DNA of 20,678 bases from a virus (IMGVR_UViG_2925939204_000008); one strand, 5' to 3'; positions 1-8,967 are shown, counted from the stretch's first letter. The notes: a model not told the origin generated them from the letters alone. A program made the numbers and translations.

Positions 1-552
1 TTACCTGGTTGCCGGAAATTTTTTATATAGCGTCGATATCCCAACATCGTAAATTAATGCCACACGCTGTCGTGATTCACCTGCTGCAATCAACCTGCCT
101 GCCTGCGCCCACTGTTCATCAGTTAGCTTTGATCGACGCCCACCTATTCGCCCTTCTTCACGAGCCGCAGCCAATCCCGCCCTGGTACGTTCGACTATCA
201 GCTCCCTTTCCATTTCTGCAAGTGCGCCCATGACATGGAAGAAAAAGCGTCCCATTGGTGAAGACGTATCTATGCTGTCGGTCAGGCTGCGAAAGTTAAT
301 ACCCTTTTCCCGAAGCTCCTCCACCAAAACGACAAGATGCCGCATGCTGCGACCGAGTCGATCCAATTTCCAGACCACCAGCGTATCGCCTTCAGACAGA
401 GTCCTGAGTACTTTCTTCAAGCCCGGCCTGTCAGACGTTCTGCCGCTGATCTTATCCTCGAATATCAGTTCACATCCTGCGCACTCCAGCGCGTTTCGTT
501 GCAATGCAGTGTTCTGGTCATTTGTTGACACGCGTACATAGCCGATGAGCAT
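1..552 (-). CDS. pin: Serine recombinase, DNA invertase of the Pin/Gin/Hin/Cin family
   Basis: 183-aa ORF with stop at 1-3; resolvase-type N-terminus (MLIGYVRVSTNDQ with the nucleophilic Ser, LDRLGRS, GRFFFHVMGALAEMERELI) and C-terminal HTH; close to Pin/Gin by recall. Confidence 0.9.
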   Translation of the reverse strand: MLIGYVRVSTNDQNTALQRNALECAGCELIFEDKISGRTSDRPGLKKVLRTLSEGDTLVVWKLDRLGRSMRHLVVLVEELREKGINFRSLTDSIDTSSPMGRFFFHVMGALAEMERELIVERTRAGLAAAREEGRIGGRRSKLTDEQWAQAGRLIAAGESRQRVALIYDVGISTLYKKFPATR

Positions 553-606
553 GAGAAATAACCCTGTAAAAATCCGGGATCATGCCATCTGAGCCGAATA
601 ACTGCA

Positions 607-632
607 TTTTCTAAAAGGTTGGTTTGGGAGAA
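607..632. other. pix/gix-like 26-bp invertase crossover site (one half well conserved, other half degenerate)
   Basis: Minus-strand reading TTCTCCCAAACC AA CCTTTTAGAAAA resembles the gix/hix pattern TTCnnnnAAACC..GGTTT..GA.AA; sits 55 bp upstream of the pin start, where the pin-proximal site is expected. Confidence 0.4.
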
Positions 633-971
633 GCGGCTAAAAGGAATGTAGGGACAGGGGCGAATCAGATACCTGATATGGGTAGCTTCACGCTTTCTGT
701 TTCAGGTACTGGATATCAAAAATTACCATCAGGTTTTATTCTTCAGTGGGGCTCAATCGGCGCACCAGGCATTGCACAGGATGTAGTAACCCATTTCCCG
801 ATTGCATTTCCAAACAGATGTCTGCGTGTTTTGGTCTCACAAGACTACACACCAGATAGCGGGGCTGTTGGTTATATTGCCTGTGCAGGTTTTAGTCCCG
901 ACCCGGTTAAATTTATATCCAGAGCCAGTACTCCTGGCCTCGGCGCTTCATTTTTAGCGTTAGGCTGTTAA
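624..971 (+). CDS. Tail fibre C-terminal (variable-region) fragment; reading frame opens inside the crossover site and has no canonical ATG
   Basis: 115-aa ORF starting with TTG inside the pix-like site and reading away from pin, as expected for the alternative variable tail-fibre segment of an invertible G/P-type region; Gly/Ser/Thr-rich composition. Confidence 0.4.
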   Translation: MGEAAKRNVGTGANQIPDMGSFTLSVSGTGYQKLPSGFILQWGSIGAPGIAQDVVTHFPIAFPNRCLRVLVSQDYTPDSGAVGYIACAGFSPDPVKFISRASTPGLGASFLALGC

Positions 972-1155
972 TTTAGCTATATGGAGTGAAAAATGAATTA
1001 CATATATTCCGCGACTACAAACTCTTTCTATCCGCTGGAGATGAAAGAGGATTACCCCAGCTCGCGGACATCCTTCCCGGTGGGTTCATCAAACTCCAGT
1101 ACGGAGAGTGTCTCACCATGAGCGATAATCGGTTTCTTTAACTCAAGCTCTTTCA

Positions 1156-1512
1156 TTACTGGTAATCCCCTTCTTCACCGTGGAACTCAAGATCAACCGT
1201 GCCTTCTTCGGCATTATGGTTCGCTTCTCCGTGCAGCCAGGCGGACGACAATACATAGACCTGACCGTTCGCCAGCTCGGCAGTGATGGTCATCTCATCA
1301 GACGAGGTGATTTTGCTCACCGGAAAATTCTTCGGCACCTTGAAGGTCCCTTTGACATAAGGCGCACGGTGAGTTTCCTTGCGGTCCACTGAACCGTCCA
1401 GGCCGATGATGTCATCATTGACCGTCCTGTTCATGGGCACCTCAATGCCGCCGGTCAGCGATAGCTGCTGACCGTCAATTTTGAAATAACAGGTTCCCCC
1501 GATACGGGCCAT
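1156..1512 (-). CDS. Putative contractile-tail tube protein (Mu gpM-like)
   Basis: 118-aa ORF immediately downstream of the sheath-like gene with start/stop overlap at 1512; size and position fit a tube protein; not searched. Confidence 0.5.
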   Translation of the reverse strand: MARIGGTCYFKIDGQQLSLTGGIEVPMNRTVNDDIIGLDGSVDRKETHRAPYVKGTFKVPKNFPVSKITSSDEMTITAELANGQVYVLSSAWLHGEANHNAEEGTVDLEFHGEEGDYQ

Positions 1513-2651
1513 TATGCAGACTCCTCTGAATACTGAAGACGGAACTGGTTAACCACGGCAAAAACACGCAACTGGTTAACATAGTCAGGCGGGAACAGCG
1601 TGTTCAGGCGGTTCGGATCGCTGGCATCACGCTCAACAACCAGGTACTGCTTAAACAGTTCGTAGTTTTCCACGATCCCCGCACACTCAAGCTGACGGTA
1701 GGTTGCCAGCAGTTCCCCTTTGATTACCGCCGGGGTGACAATCGCCTGACCGGGACCAAAGCGGGTACCGTCGCTGGCAAGCTTGTGACGCCCGTACTTA
1801 CTGGTAATGACGGATTTCAGTTTGCGCAGTACATACGCACTGGTATGCAGCGTCTCGCTGTCGAGGTAGCTGTTATCCGCAACCCCGTAAGCATTTTTCC
1901 TGTACGTGGTGACATCACGCTGAATGCGCACCAGCGTGTTAACGGAGGCCGTGTCGTTGAACGGCAGACCGATATAATCAAACGGCTCATCCGCCATTGC
2001 AGCCACCGCGCCGGTGAGAACCGGAGCGCCCGTTCCGGCGGTCCCCGTCGCCACGGCAATCTGTACGCCCGCTGGCAGCACTTCACCCCCACCGAAGCCG
2101 TAGTAATTGAGGCTGACAGGAATTTCATTCCCGCAAAGCCCCTTATGACGCGCGGTCAGCGTGACAACACCAGCCGAAGATGAAGCTGTAAACGGCAGAG
2201 TCGGAACGGCATTGATGGCATCCTGGATACTGCTGGCAATCGTCGTGACGTTATCGCCGTTGGTCACCGGAGCCTGCACACGGGTACGTCCCACATAGAC
2301 ATTCACCGTGCCGCTTTCGGTTGCTTCCCCGGTCACCGTCAGCGTAACCGTTGCCGCCGCGCCTGTGGCTTCCGGAACGGCAATCACATACAGCTCGCCA
2401 AACGGGTCAGTCTGGCGATAAGCCTCGACCATACGCGCCAGCTGACTTCCCGCACCACAAATCTGGCGTGCATAGTCTGCCGACGGCATCAGCACCAGGC
2501 TGTTGGCAACAATCTCTGCACCGTTATTGGCATGACCAATCAGCAGCGATGCTCCGCTGTCCTGTGCAGTATTCGCCGCCGAGTTATCCATTTCCGCATA
2601 AAACAGCGGAACCAGCGTATTCGACGGAATGGTGTTAAAGCTTATCGTCAT
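1512..2651 (-). CDS. Putative contractile-tail sheath protein (Mu gpL-like)
   Basis: 379-aa ORF, Gly/Thr/Val-rich beta-type composition, tightly coupled to the 118-aa downstream gene; sheath-tube pairing inferred from order and size. Confidence 0.55.
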   Translation of the reverse strand: MTISFNTIPSNTLVPLFYAEMDNSAANTAQDSGASLLIGHANNGAEIVANSLVLMPSADYARQICGAGSQLARMVEAYRQTDPFGELYVIAVPEATGAAATVTLTVTGEATESGTVNVYVGRTRVQAPVTNGDNVTTIASSIQDAINAVPTLPFTASSSAGVVTLTARHKGLCGNEIPVSLNYYGFGGGEVLPAGVQIAVATGTAGTGAPVLTGAVAAMADEPFDYIGLPFNDTASVNTLVRIQRDVTTYRKNAYGVADNSYLDSETLHTSAYVLRKLKSVITSKYGRHKLASDGTRFGPGQAIVTPAVIKGELLATYRQLECAGIVENYELFKQYLVVERDASDPNRLNTLFPPDYVNQLRVFAVVNQFRLQYSEESA

Positions 2652-2805
2652 CGGTGTTCACCTTTTTATTCACGCGCCGGATATCACCCGCGGCTTCACG
2701 GCGCAGCCAGTAGTTGTTCTCGTCAACATTTCGCCCTTCGGCGGGCAAAAGGTCGCCGCGGGCAGGGTCAGGCACTGACCGCCCTTTAACAGGTTTCACA
2801 AACAT
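2635..2805 (-). CDS. Small conserved phage protein (56 aa) between terminase and sheath genes
   Basis: Not in the ORF track; ATG at 2805 lies 8 nt after the terminase stop and the ORF overlaps the sheath start by 17 nt; translation MFVKPVKGRSVPDPARGDLLPAEGRNVDENNYWLRREAAGDIRRVNKKVNTDDDKL. Confidence 0.4.
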   Translation of the reverse strand: MFVKPVKGRSVPDPARGDLLPAEGRNVDENNYWLRREAAGDIRRVNKKVNTDDDKL

Positions 2806-2813
2806 GATGATTC

Positions 2814-3944
2814 TCAGGAAGGAAGGGTTATTTCGGTGTGATGTTCGATATCGCCGTCAGGCCCGTTACCGGGATCGAGATAATCAACATCAATCGCCAG
2901 CGTTCGCAGTTCATCTAGACTGTTCAGGTCATCCTGCTGGCGGGTATCGTCTTCAGTCAGCTCGCTGATGACCGAAAAATCGAACTGATAAATCAGCTCA
3001 TGACGATTCAGATCCAGCAGCGTACCGCCGTCATAGGTAATCGGGTTACCGCACGCTTCCGGGTTAGCTTTTTCCAGCACCTGTGGGTCGGTCCAGTCGT
3101 CACCTTCGTCAACGGTATAGATGATCCCGAACAGTTCATCGTTGGGTACCGACCCGTTGAGCATCTCGATAACTTCCCGCCGCTTGTCGTAGCACGGCCC
3201 CTCAATGTTGTACCCGGCAGTAGTAATGGCCCACATCAGTGGCTGACGTCGCGCCCCCATCCCGGTAAGCATCGTGGTGTAAAGCGCGTCGGTGGCGTGC
3301 TCGTGATATTCATCCACCACCGCACAGTGGGGTGATGATCCATCACCGGGGTTACCGATCAGCGGTTCAAACCGCGCGCCATCCTCCGGACGGTTCATGT
3401 TTGAGGCGTTAACCTCAATCCCGAACGCTTCCGTCAGCATGGGTGTGCGTTTACACATCAGTCGCGCCGGGCGAAAGACTTCCCACGCCTGTTTCTCTGT
3501 CGTGGCACCGGAATACACTTCCGCGCCAAACTCGTTATCACAGGCAAAACAATACAGGGCGACACCGGCAGAGATTGCCGATTTGCCGTTCTTACGGGGA
3601 ATTTCGGTATACACCTCCCGGAAGCGGCGCAGCCGGATACCTTTATTGACCCAGCCAAACGCACAGCAGATCACAAAGAGCTGCCACGGCTCCAGCGTGA
3701 TGGGCATCCTCTTGAATGCCCACTCCCCCTTGGTGTGCGGCAACAGTTGAATAAATTTGGCGGCCCGTTCAGCCAGGTCCTTGTCGAAGCGGTAACGAAA
3801 CGACTTACTTTTTTCCGCCATCAGGTCATCAAGATGGCGCTGGCAGGCCTGAATCACAAACTGGCAGGCCACAATCTTTCCGCGCACGACATCACGGGCA
3901 TACTGATTGGCAGCATTTACGTTGGGGTAAGATTTCCGGCTCAT
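2814..3944 (-). CDS. Phage terminase large subunit, ATPase domain only (truncated; nuclease domain missing)
   Basis: Walker A-like PRKNGKS, Walker B-like [14 protein letters not shown] motif; 376 aa is too short for a full TerL and the C-terminal ~70 aa is an acidic low-complexity tail. Confidence 0.7.
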   Translation of the reverse strand: MSRKSYPNVNAANQYARDVVRGKIVACQFVIQACQRHLDDLMAEKSKSFRYRFDKDLAERAAKFIQLLPHTKGEWAFKRMPITLEPWQLFVICCAFGWVNKGIRLRRFREVYTEIPRKNGKSAISAGVALYCFACDNEFGAEVYSGATTEKQAWEVFRPARLMCKRTPMLTEAFGIEVNASNMNRPEDGARFEPLIGNPGDGSSPHCAVVDEYHEHATDALYTTMLTGMGARRQPLMWAITTAGYNIEGPCYDKRREVIEMLNGSVPNDELFGIIYTVDEGDDWTDPQVLEKANPEACGNPITYDGGTLLDLNRHELIYQFDFSVISELTEDDTRQQDDLNSLDELRTLAIDVDYLDPGNGPDGDIEHHTEITLPS

Positions 3945-4406
3945 GACTCGATGATTTTCAGAAACGGGTTAGTGGCTTTCTTCTGCCCCGCCAGGCCAAT
4001 CAGACGCTGGCGGCTGCTGGGGTCGAGTCCGAGCATTGCCCCCGTGCTGCTCATCTCGGACTCCTGTTCTTTTTTGGCGGTCAGCTCCGGATTTTTGACC
4101 CTGCCGCCCATTGCACCGGTGATGGTGTTGCCCTGTATCAGGAAGAGACACAAAGACGCCATTTGCAGACTGCGCCACAGCGTCAGCAATGAAGTGAGTT
4201 CCACCTGCACGTTGCAAAATCATTGCCCATCCCAGCGGGAAAATCTGATCGCCATCGGCACGAAGGCGGTTAAATAATGCGTTCTCTGTTACATCCAGCC
4301 AGTCAGCAGCTTCAGCGTACCCCCCCGGCAACGCTGCGATAGTTTTTCTGACAGCTTTCACGTACCACTCAGGCTGTTTTTCTACTTTCCAGTGATGCTT
4401 ACCCAC
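3941..4406 (-). pseudogene. Frameshifted small DNA-binding gene upstream of terminase large subunit (terminase small subunit-like or CII-like)
   Basis: N-terminal part in ORF 3969..4406 (HTH-like GGYAEAADWLDVTENALFNRL) turns to low-complexity read-through; C-terminal part in the +1 frame (3941..4210) ends in an ATGA overlap with the terminase start; frames swap around 4110-4170. Confidence 0.45.
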
Positions 4407-4659
4407 GGTTCACCTCCTGTTCCTGTGGTTTAAACCCATTCTGGTTTTGGCTAGATTGAAAACGTGCCGGATAAAGAATCTGCATTTCGCTGACTTCACC
4501 CTTAAAAAAATTGGCTAAACGTTCTGCAAGCTCGATAGATGGAATCTGCTCCAGCCTCTCAATACGACTCAACGTCGCTGGATTGACTTGAACACCCGCA
4601 GCAACATGCTGCAAAGTGAAACCATGCGCCTTACGCACATTTCGTAATGGTGATTGCAT
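4399..4659 (-). CDS. Cro-like HTH (XRE family) DNA-binding protein
   Basis: 86-aa ORF with HTH (FTLQHVAAGVQVNPATLSRIE), divergent from the CI-like repressor across a 97-bp operator-containing intergenic region. Confidence 0.7.
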   Translation of the reverse strand: MQSPLRNVRKAHGFTLQHVAAGVQVNPATLSRIERLEQIPSIELAERLANFFKGEVSEMQILYPARFQSSQNQNGFKPQEQEVNRG

Positions 4660-4673
4660 ACGCCCTCCAAATA

Positions 4674-4736
4674 TTGCGCGTTATGCATGTTATTTCACGC
4701 AATTATTTTGCGCAAGTTGATTTGCTTATCACGCAA
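4674..4736. promoter_or_regulatory. Operator region of the cI-like/cro-like divergent pair (TTGCG..CGCAA palindromes)
   Basis: TTGCGCG-N15-CACGCAA (4674-4702), perfect palindrome TTGCGCAA (4708-4715), TTTGC-N7-CGCAA (4722-4736), all between the two divergent start codons. Confidence 0.45.
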
Positions 4737-4756
4737 TAAAGAAATGTAATAAACGC

Positions 4757-5449
4757 ATGAACATAGGAAACCGAGTCAGACAACTTCGCCAAGCGAAGAA
4801 CATGAAAATCGCCGATCTCGCTGAAGCGATAGGAGTAGATGCGGCGAACATCTCGCGCTTAGAAACGGGTAAGCAAAAACAATTTACCGAACAAACACTG
4901 AGTAATATTGCCAAGAGCTTAGGTGTTGATATTGCTGATCTCTTTACCTCTGCCCACAAAAGTAATACTGTATATAAAAACAGTAATAATGAGGATGTTG
5001 CGCAGGTGAAGGATGTGTTCCGTATTGAAATGCTGGATATCAGTGCCAGTGCGGGAAATGGCCTTATCCAGGGCGGTGATGTCATTGATGTGATTCATGC
5101 CATCGAATACAGAACTGATAATGCTGTATCAATGTTCGGCGGACGACCAGCCAATCACATCAAAGTTATCAACGTTCGTGGGGACAGTATGTGTCCAACC
5201 ATTGAGCCAGGAGATCTCATCTTCGTTGATGTCAGCATCAATCAGTTTGATGGTGATGGTATATATGTCTTTGGTTTTGATGACAAAATATACGTTAAAA
5301 GACTTCAAATGATTCCTGACAAACTGCTGGTGATTTCTGATAACCAGATTTACCGTGAATGGGGAATTACTAGCGAAAACGAACACCGATTCATGGTCTT
5401 TGGAAAGGTCTTAATCAGTCAGTCGCAAACCCTTAAGAGACATAATTAA
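4757..5449 (+). CDS. CI-like phage repressor, N-terminal HTH plus C-terminal LexA-like S24 peptidase domain
   Basis: 230 aa; N-terminal HTH (MKIADLAEAIGVDAANISRLETG); C-terminal S24 signature GDSM (Ser) and downstream KRL (Lys). Confidence 0.85.
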   Translation: MNIGNRVRQLRQAKNMKIADLAEAIGVDAANISRLETGKQKQFTEQTLSNIAKSLGVDIADLFTSAHKSNTVYKNSNNEDVAQVKDVFRIEMLDISASAGNGLIQGGDVIDVIHAIEYRTDNAVSMFGGRPANHIKVINVRGDSMCPTIEPGDLIFVDVSINQFDGDGIYVFGFDDKIYVKRLQMIPDKLLVISDNQIYREWGITSENEHRFMVFGKVLISQSQTLKRHN

Positions 5450-5468
5450 CCTCAATATCCCATCCATC

Positions 5469-5491
5469 GGCCACCGAAAGGTGGCTTTTTA
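5469..5491 (+). terminator. Rho-independent terminator after the repressor gene
   Basis: GC stem GCCACC / GGTGGC with GAAA loop followed by TTTTTA. Confidence 0.7.
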
Positions 5492-5502
5492 TTACCTATA
5501 AA

Positions 5503-5540
5503 TTTGCATATATAGCAAATATAACTTGCATATCTCGCAA
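5503..5540. promoter_or_regulatory. Two operator-like palindromes (TTTGC-N7-GCAAA and TTGC-N7-GCAA) upstream of the xis-int operon
   Basis: TTTGCATATATAGCAAA (5503-5519) and TTGCATATCTCGCAA (5526-5540) share the TTGC/GCAA half-sites seen in the cI-cro intergenic region. Confidence 0.4.
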
Positions 5541-5845
5541 TTTAATTTTATCTTTTGTTCCAGACCAACTACAGGATTACAACAAAATCTGGTTGCAACA
5601 CGGTGCATGTGTCGTAAGCAGTCAGTAAATGTCAAAAACGAACAGGCAGGACGCCCACGAAGTAGCCGCCTGGGGCATATGAAGTCCAGGATGATTCGTT
5701 AGCAACAAAAAAGCGCCCTACAGGACGCTTAGCTCTTTAACAATCTGGTCCCCATCAACAAGTAACTGATAACTTGAGGAGACCTTGAAAACGTCAATAT
5801 CACTCACTGGGCAGTAATGCCAAAAGCACCGGAGGCTGGAGCATA

Positions 5846-6151
5846 ATGACCACTTTTACCGACAAAGAACTGATTAAAGAAATTAAAGAGCGTATCAGCA
5901 GCCTTGACGTGCGAGACGATATTGAGCGCCGTGCTTATGAAATCGCACTCCTATCTCTGGAAGTAGAACCAGATGAACGCGAAGCTTATGAATTATTCAT
6001 GGAAAAGCGTTTCGGTGACTTAGTAGATCGTCGGAGAGCAAAAAACGGCGATAACGAATACATGGCATGGGATATGACTCTCGGTTGGATCGTCTGGCAG
6101 CAACGAGCAGGTATCCATTTTTCAACAATGTCACAACAAGAGGTGAAATAA
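5846..6151 (+). CDS. Hypothetical protein (101 aa), translationally coupled to xis
   Basis: ORF with acidic helical composition; stop TAA overlaps the xis ATG (TAATG at 6149-6153). Confidence 0.5.
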   Translation: MTTFTDKELIKEIKERISSLDVRDDIERRAYEIALLSLEVEPDEREAYELFMEKRFGDLVDRRRAKNGDNEYMAWDMTLGWIVWQQRAGIHFSTMSQQEVK

Positions 6152-6501
6152 TGGAGCCATACAGCCTCACACTCGATGAGGCCTGTCATTTTCTCAAGAT
6201 ATCCAGACCGACTGCCATTAACTGGATACGCACAGGGCGTCTTCAGGCAACACGCAAAGATCCCACTAAGAATAAATCTCCTTACCTCACAACACGACAA
6301 GCCTGCATTGCGGCTCTTCAGTCTCCGCTGCATACTGTCCAGGTGAGCGCGGGTGATGGCATAACAGAGGAAAGAAAATGTCACTCTTCCGCAGAGGTGA
6401 AATATGGTACGCCAGTTTCACATTGCCGAACGGTAAAAGATTTAAACAGTCTCTTGGAACAAAGGACAAAAGGCAGGCGACAGAACTCCATGACAAGCTA
6501 A
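6151..6501 (+). CDS. xis: Excisionase / AlpA-like DNA-binding protein
   Basis: [33 protein letters not shown] is a typical excisionase HTH; start chosen at the ATG at 6151; reading frame stays open to 6501, overlapping the int start by 124 nt, so the true end is uncertain. Confidence 0.65.
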   Translation: MEPYSLTLDEACHFLKISRPTAINWIRTGRLQATRKDPTKNKSPYLTTRQACIAALQSPLHTVQVSAGDGITEERKCHSSAEVKYGTPVSHCRTVKDLNSLLEQRTKGRRQNSMTS

Positions 6502-7541
6502 AGGCTGAAGCATGGCGGGTCAGCAAACTTGGTGAAATACCTGATATAACGTTCGAGGAAGCGTGTGTCAGGTGGCTTGAAGAGAAAGCACATAAAAAAT
6601 CGCTGGACGATGACAAAAGCCGGATCGGATTCTGGCTTCAACATTTCGCAGGAATGCAACTAAGAGACATTACTGAATCAAAAATTTATTCAGCAATGCA
6701 GAAAATGACGAACCGGCGTCATGAGGAAAACTGGAAACTCAGGGCAGAAGCATGCAGAAAAAAAGGGAAACCTGTTCCAGAATACACGCCAAAACCAGCG
6801 TCCGTTGCAACGAAGGCTACGCATCTTTCATTTATAAAGGCCCTACTAAGAGCCGCAGAGCGTGAATGGAAAATGCTGGATAAGGCACCAATTATTAAAG
6901 TGCCTCAACCAAAGAATAAACGGATCCGCTGGCTGGAGCCCCATGAAGCACAAAGGCTGATTGATGAATGTCCGGAGCCATTAAAGTCTGTTGTTGAATT
7001 TGCACTGGCAACAGGCTTAAGACGCTCGAACATCATCAACCTTGAATGGCAACAAATAGATATGCAGCGCCGGGTGGCATGGATAAACCCGGAAGAGAGT
7101 AAATCAAACCGCGCAATTGGCGTTGCGCTGAATGATACTGCATGTCGCGTATTGAAAAAACAAATCGGGAATCATCACCGTTGGGTATTTGTGTACAAGG
7201 AAAGCTGTACCAAACCAGACGGAACGAAAGCGCCAACAGTAAGGAAGATGCGGTATGACGCAAACACAGCCTGGAAAGCGGCGCTGAGACGGGCTGGTAT
7301 TGATGATTTCAGATTTCACGACTTGAGACACACCTGGGCAAGTTGGCTGGTTCAAGCCGGAGTCCCGTTGTCAGTGTTACAGGAAATGGGAGGCTGGGAG
7401 TCTATCGAAATGGTTCGTCGATATGCTCACCTTGCACCTAATCACCTTACCGAACACGCACGGCAAATAGACTCGATCCTGAACCCATCGGTCCCAAATT
7501 TGTCCCAGTCAAAAAATAAGGAAGGTACTAATGATGTGTAA
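6378..7541 (+). CDS. int: Tyrosine recombinase, phage integrase (e14 IntE-like)
   Basis: 387 aa; N-terminus [14 protein letters not shown]; catalytic-type motifs HDLRHTWAS and VRRYAHL; good RBS GAGGAAAG. Confidence 0.9.
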   Translation: MSLFRRGEIWYASFTLPNGKRFKQSLGTKDKRQATELHDKLKAEAWRVSKLGEIPDITFEEACVRWLEEKAHKKSLDDDKSRIGFWLQHFAGMQLRDITESKIYSAMQKMTNRRHEENWKLRAEACRKKGKPVPEYTPKPASVATKATHLSFIKALLRAAEREWKMLDKAPIIKVPQPKNKRIRWLEPHEAQRLIDECPEPLKSVVEFALATGLRRSNIINLEWQQIDMQRRVAWINPEESKSNRAIGVALNDTACRVLKKQIGNHHRWVFVYKESCTKPDGTKAPTVRKMRYDANTAWKAALRRAGIDDFRFHDLRHTWASWLVQAGVPLSVLQEMGGWESIEMVRRYAHLAPNHLTEHARQIDSILNPSVPNLSQSKNKEGTNDV

Positions 7542-7713
7542 CTTATTGATTTTAATGGTGCCGATAATAGGAGTGTAACACGCGATAAATCTTGTGTTCG
7601 GGTCTTCTTCTACGACCTTCGCAACTACCTGATTTAACGATTTTTACGCACACTGATAATCTGGCATTCATCATGCACATGATAAACGCCCCTAAACTTT
7701 AACGGGGTGGAAA

Positions 7714-8937
7714 ATGAAATACAAGCCGGATCAATACATCATATCTGATAGTTACGGAGTTTATTACGTCAGGATTTCAATTCCTGTATGGCTTCGTAAT
7801 GCATTTGGTGGAAGAAAAACTCTCGTCCGTAGTCTGAACACTTCCGATCTTCGTGTGGCTCGTAGGAAGCGTGATGTTATAGCCGACGAATTTCACCACA
7901 TCAGGCAAATTGCAGAGCCGCCAAAACCGGACAGCTTGCAGGACACGATCAGCTTTTTAAAGAGCGTGGCTAAGTACGCGAAAGCTGCCCCGAAAGCATC
8001 AGCTCCGATTATCTACCAATGCCCCTCTCTGAATAAGATGTTAGAGATTTACCTCACGCATAACGCTGATCGCCTGAAAATGGGAACATTAAGCAAGACC
8101 AGAAAAGCCGTTGAACTGTTCCTGAATTACCTGCGAAAGAAGGATGTTGAACTAAACGATATCAACCGTACCACCGTTACAGGCTGGCTTGATCATCTCC
8201 GAGAGACAAAGGCAGTCCAGACAGTGGCTAACTACCTATCAGCAATGGCAAACATTCTCGATCTTGCCTCTTCCCGATACCAGGACGCCCCACCGCTGGA
8301 AACTAACGTGTTCAGGGGGCATAAACTCAACACAGCGCAGAGCCGCCAGAGTTACGAGGCATTCACGGACGAAGAAATTACGAAGCTCATTAGCACGTTT
8401 AACAAGTTAGGAGAGGACGAATTAAGGGATGTGAGCGCCATCGCCGCTTATAGCGGAATGCGCATCAATGAAATAGCCAGTTTGAAATCTGACAATATCC
8501 GTGAAGTTGAGGGGGTGTTATGTTTCGAGGTGACGGAGGGTAAGACACGCAATGCGGCGCGGTTGGTTCCACTTCATAGTGCGATTAGAAAAATGGTTCT
8601 GGAACGCTGCCAGAAGCCGCACAACGGCTTTTTATTCTACCGTGCAAGTGTGACCAAGAGACAGGACGGCAAGCGCTCCTCATGGCACGTAAACCGCTTT
8701 GGACGGCTTAAACGCGATATTCTCCCAGGGCAGGAAAACAAGGTGTTTCACTCGTACCGCCATGCAGTGATCAGTAAGCTAAACGCCGCCGGAGTGGATG
8801 AATCTCGTATTGCCTTGCTCGCGGGTCACTCATTTGGAGAAACTGAGTCTTTCAAGACGTATTCGAAGAGTGTTCCTGAGCGTATTATGAAGGAGTTAGC
8901 GGGGTATATTGAATTAATAAATTACAACGTCCAGTAA
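7714..8937 (+). CDS. int: Tyrosine recombinase, integrase of genomic-island type
   Basis: 407 aa; C-terminal catalytic region with HSYRHAVIS and a downstream Tyr; long N-terminal arm/core-binding region. Confidence 0.85.
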   Translation: MKYKPDQYIISDSYGVYYVRISIPVWLRNAFGGRKTLVRSLNTSDLRVARRKRDVIADEFHHIRQIAEPPKPDSLQDTISFLKSVAKYAKAAPKASAPIIYQCPSLNKMLEIYLTHNADRLKMGTLSKTRKAVELFLNYLRKKDVELNDINRTTVTGWLDHLRETKAVQTVANYLSAMANILDLASSRYQDAPPLETNVFRGHKLNTAQSRQSYEAFTDEEITKLISTFNKLGEDELRDVSAIAAYSGMRINEIASLKSDNIREVEGVLCFEVTEGKTRNAARLVPLHSAIRKMVLERCQKPHNGFLFYRASVTKRQDGKRSSWHVNRFGRLKRDILPGQENKVFHSYRHAVISKLNAAGVDESRIALLAGHSFGETESFKTYSKSVPERIMKELAGYIELINYNVQ

Positions 8938-8941
8938 TTAA

Positions 8942-8961
8942 GGGGGGATTATACATCCCCC
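8942..8961. terminator. Hairpin between convergent int2 and the 92-aa gene (possible bidirectional terminator)
   Basis: GGGGGGAT-TATAC-ATCCCCC stem-loop; no strong U-tract on either side. Confidence 0.35.
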
Positions 8962-8967
8962 GATAAC

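Larger units (their letters stand above)
1..7541. mobile_element. e14-like defective (cryptic) prophage, partial; probably continues beyond the window start
   Basis: Gene order pin / tail-fibre fragment / tail tube / sheath / terminase / cro-like / cI-like / xis / int, with several truncated or frameshifted genes; organisation recalled from e14-type elements, not searched. Confidence 0.6.

Noticed and set aside
9-541. Plus-strand ORFs 9..233, 230..541 and 337..528 inside the pin region
   Set aside because: Antisense to the well-supported pin gene, with Pro/Ser/Arg-rich shadow-frame composition.
1180-2968. Plus-strand ORFs 1180..1392, 1785..2183, 2351..2638, 2532..2789, 2714..2968 and minus ORF 1817..2128
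   Set aside because: They lie antisense or out of frame within the tube, sheath and small-gene coding regions, have Arg/His/Cys-rich shadow composition and no credible RBS.
3000-4277. ORFs 3000..3335, 3008..3205, 3397..3750, 3443..3649, 3458..3664 and 3735..4277
   Set aside because: Overlap the terminase and small-terminase-like genes on the opposite strand or in alternative frames; low-complexity shadow ORFs.
4729-5386. ORFs 4729..5085 (-), 5097..5312 (+) and 5129..5386 (-)
   Set aside because: Embedded in or antisense to the CI-like repressor gene, which has clear HTH and S24 motifs in its own frame.
5986-7355. Minus-strand ORFs 5986..6384, 6287..6616, 7036..7263 and 7104..7355
   Set aside because: Antisense to the hypothetical-xis-int operon; the sense-strand genes have recognisable motifs and RBSs.
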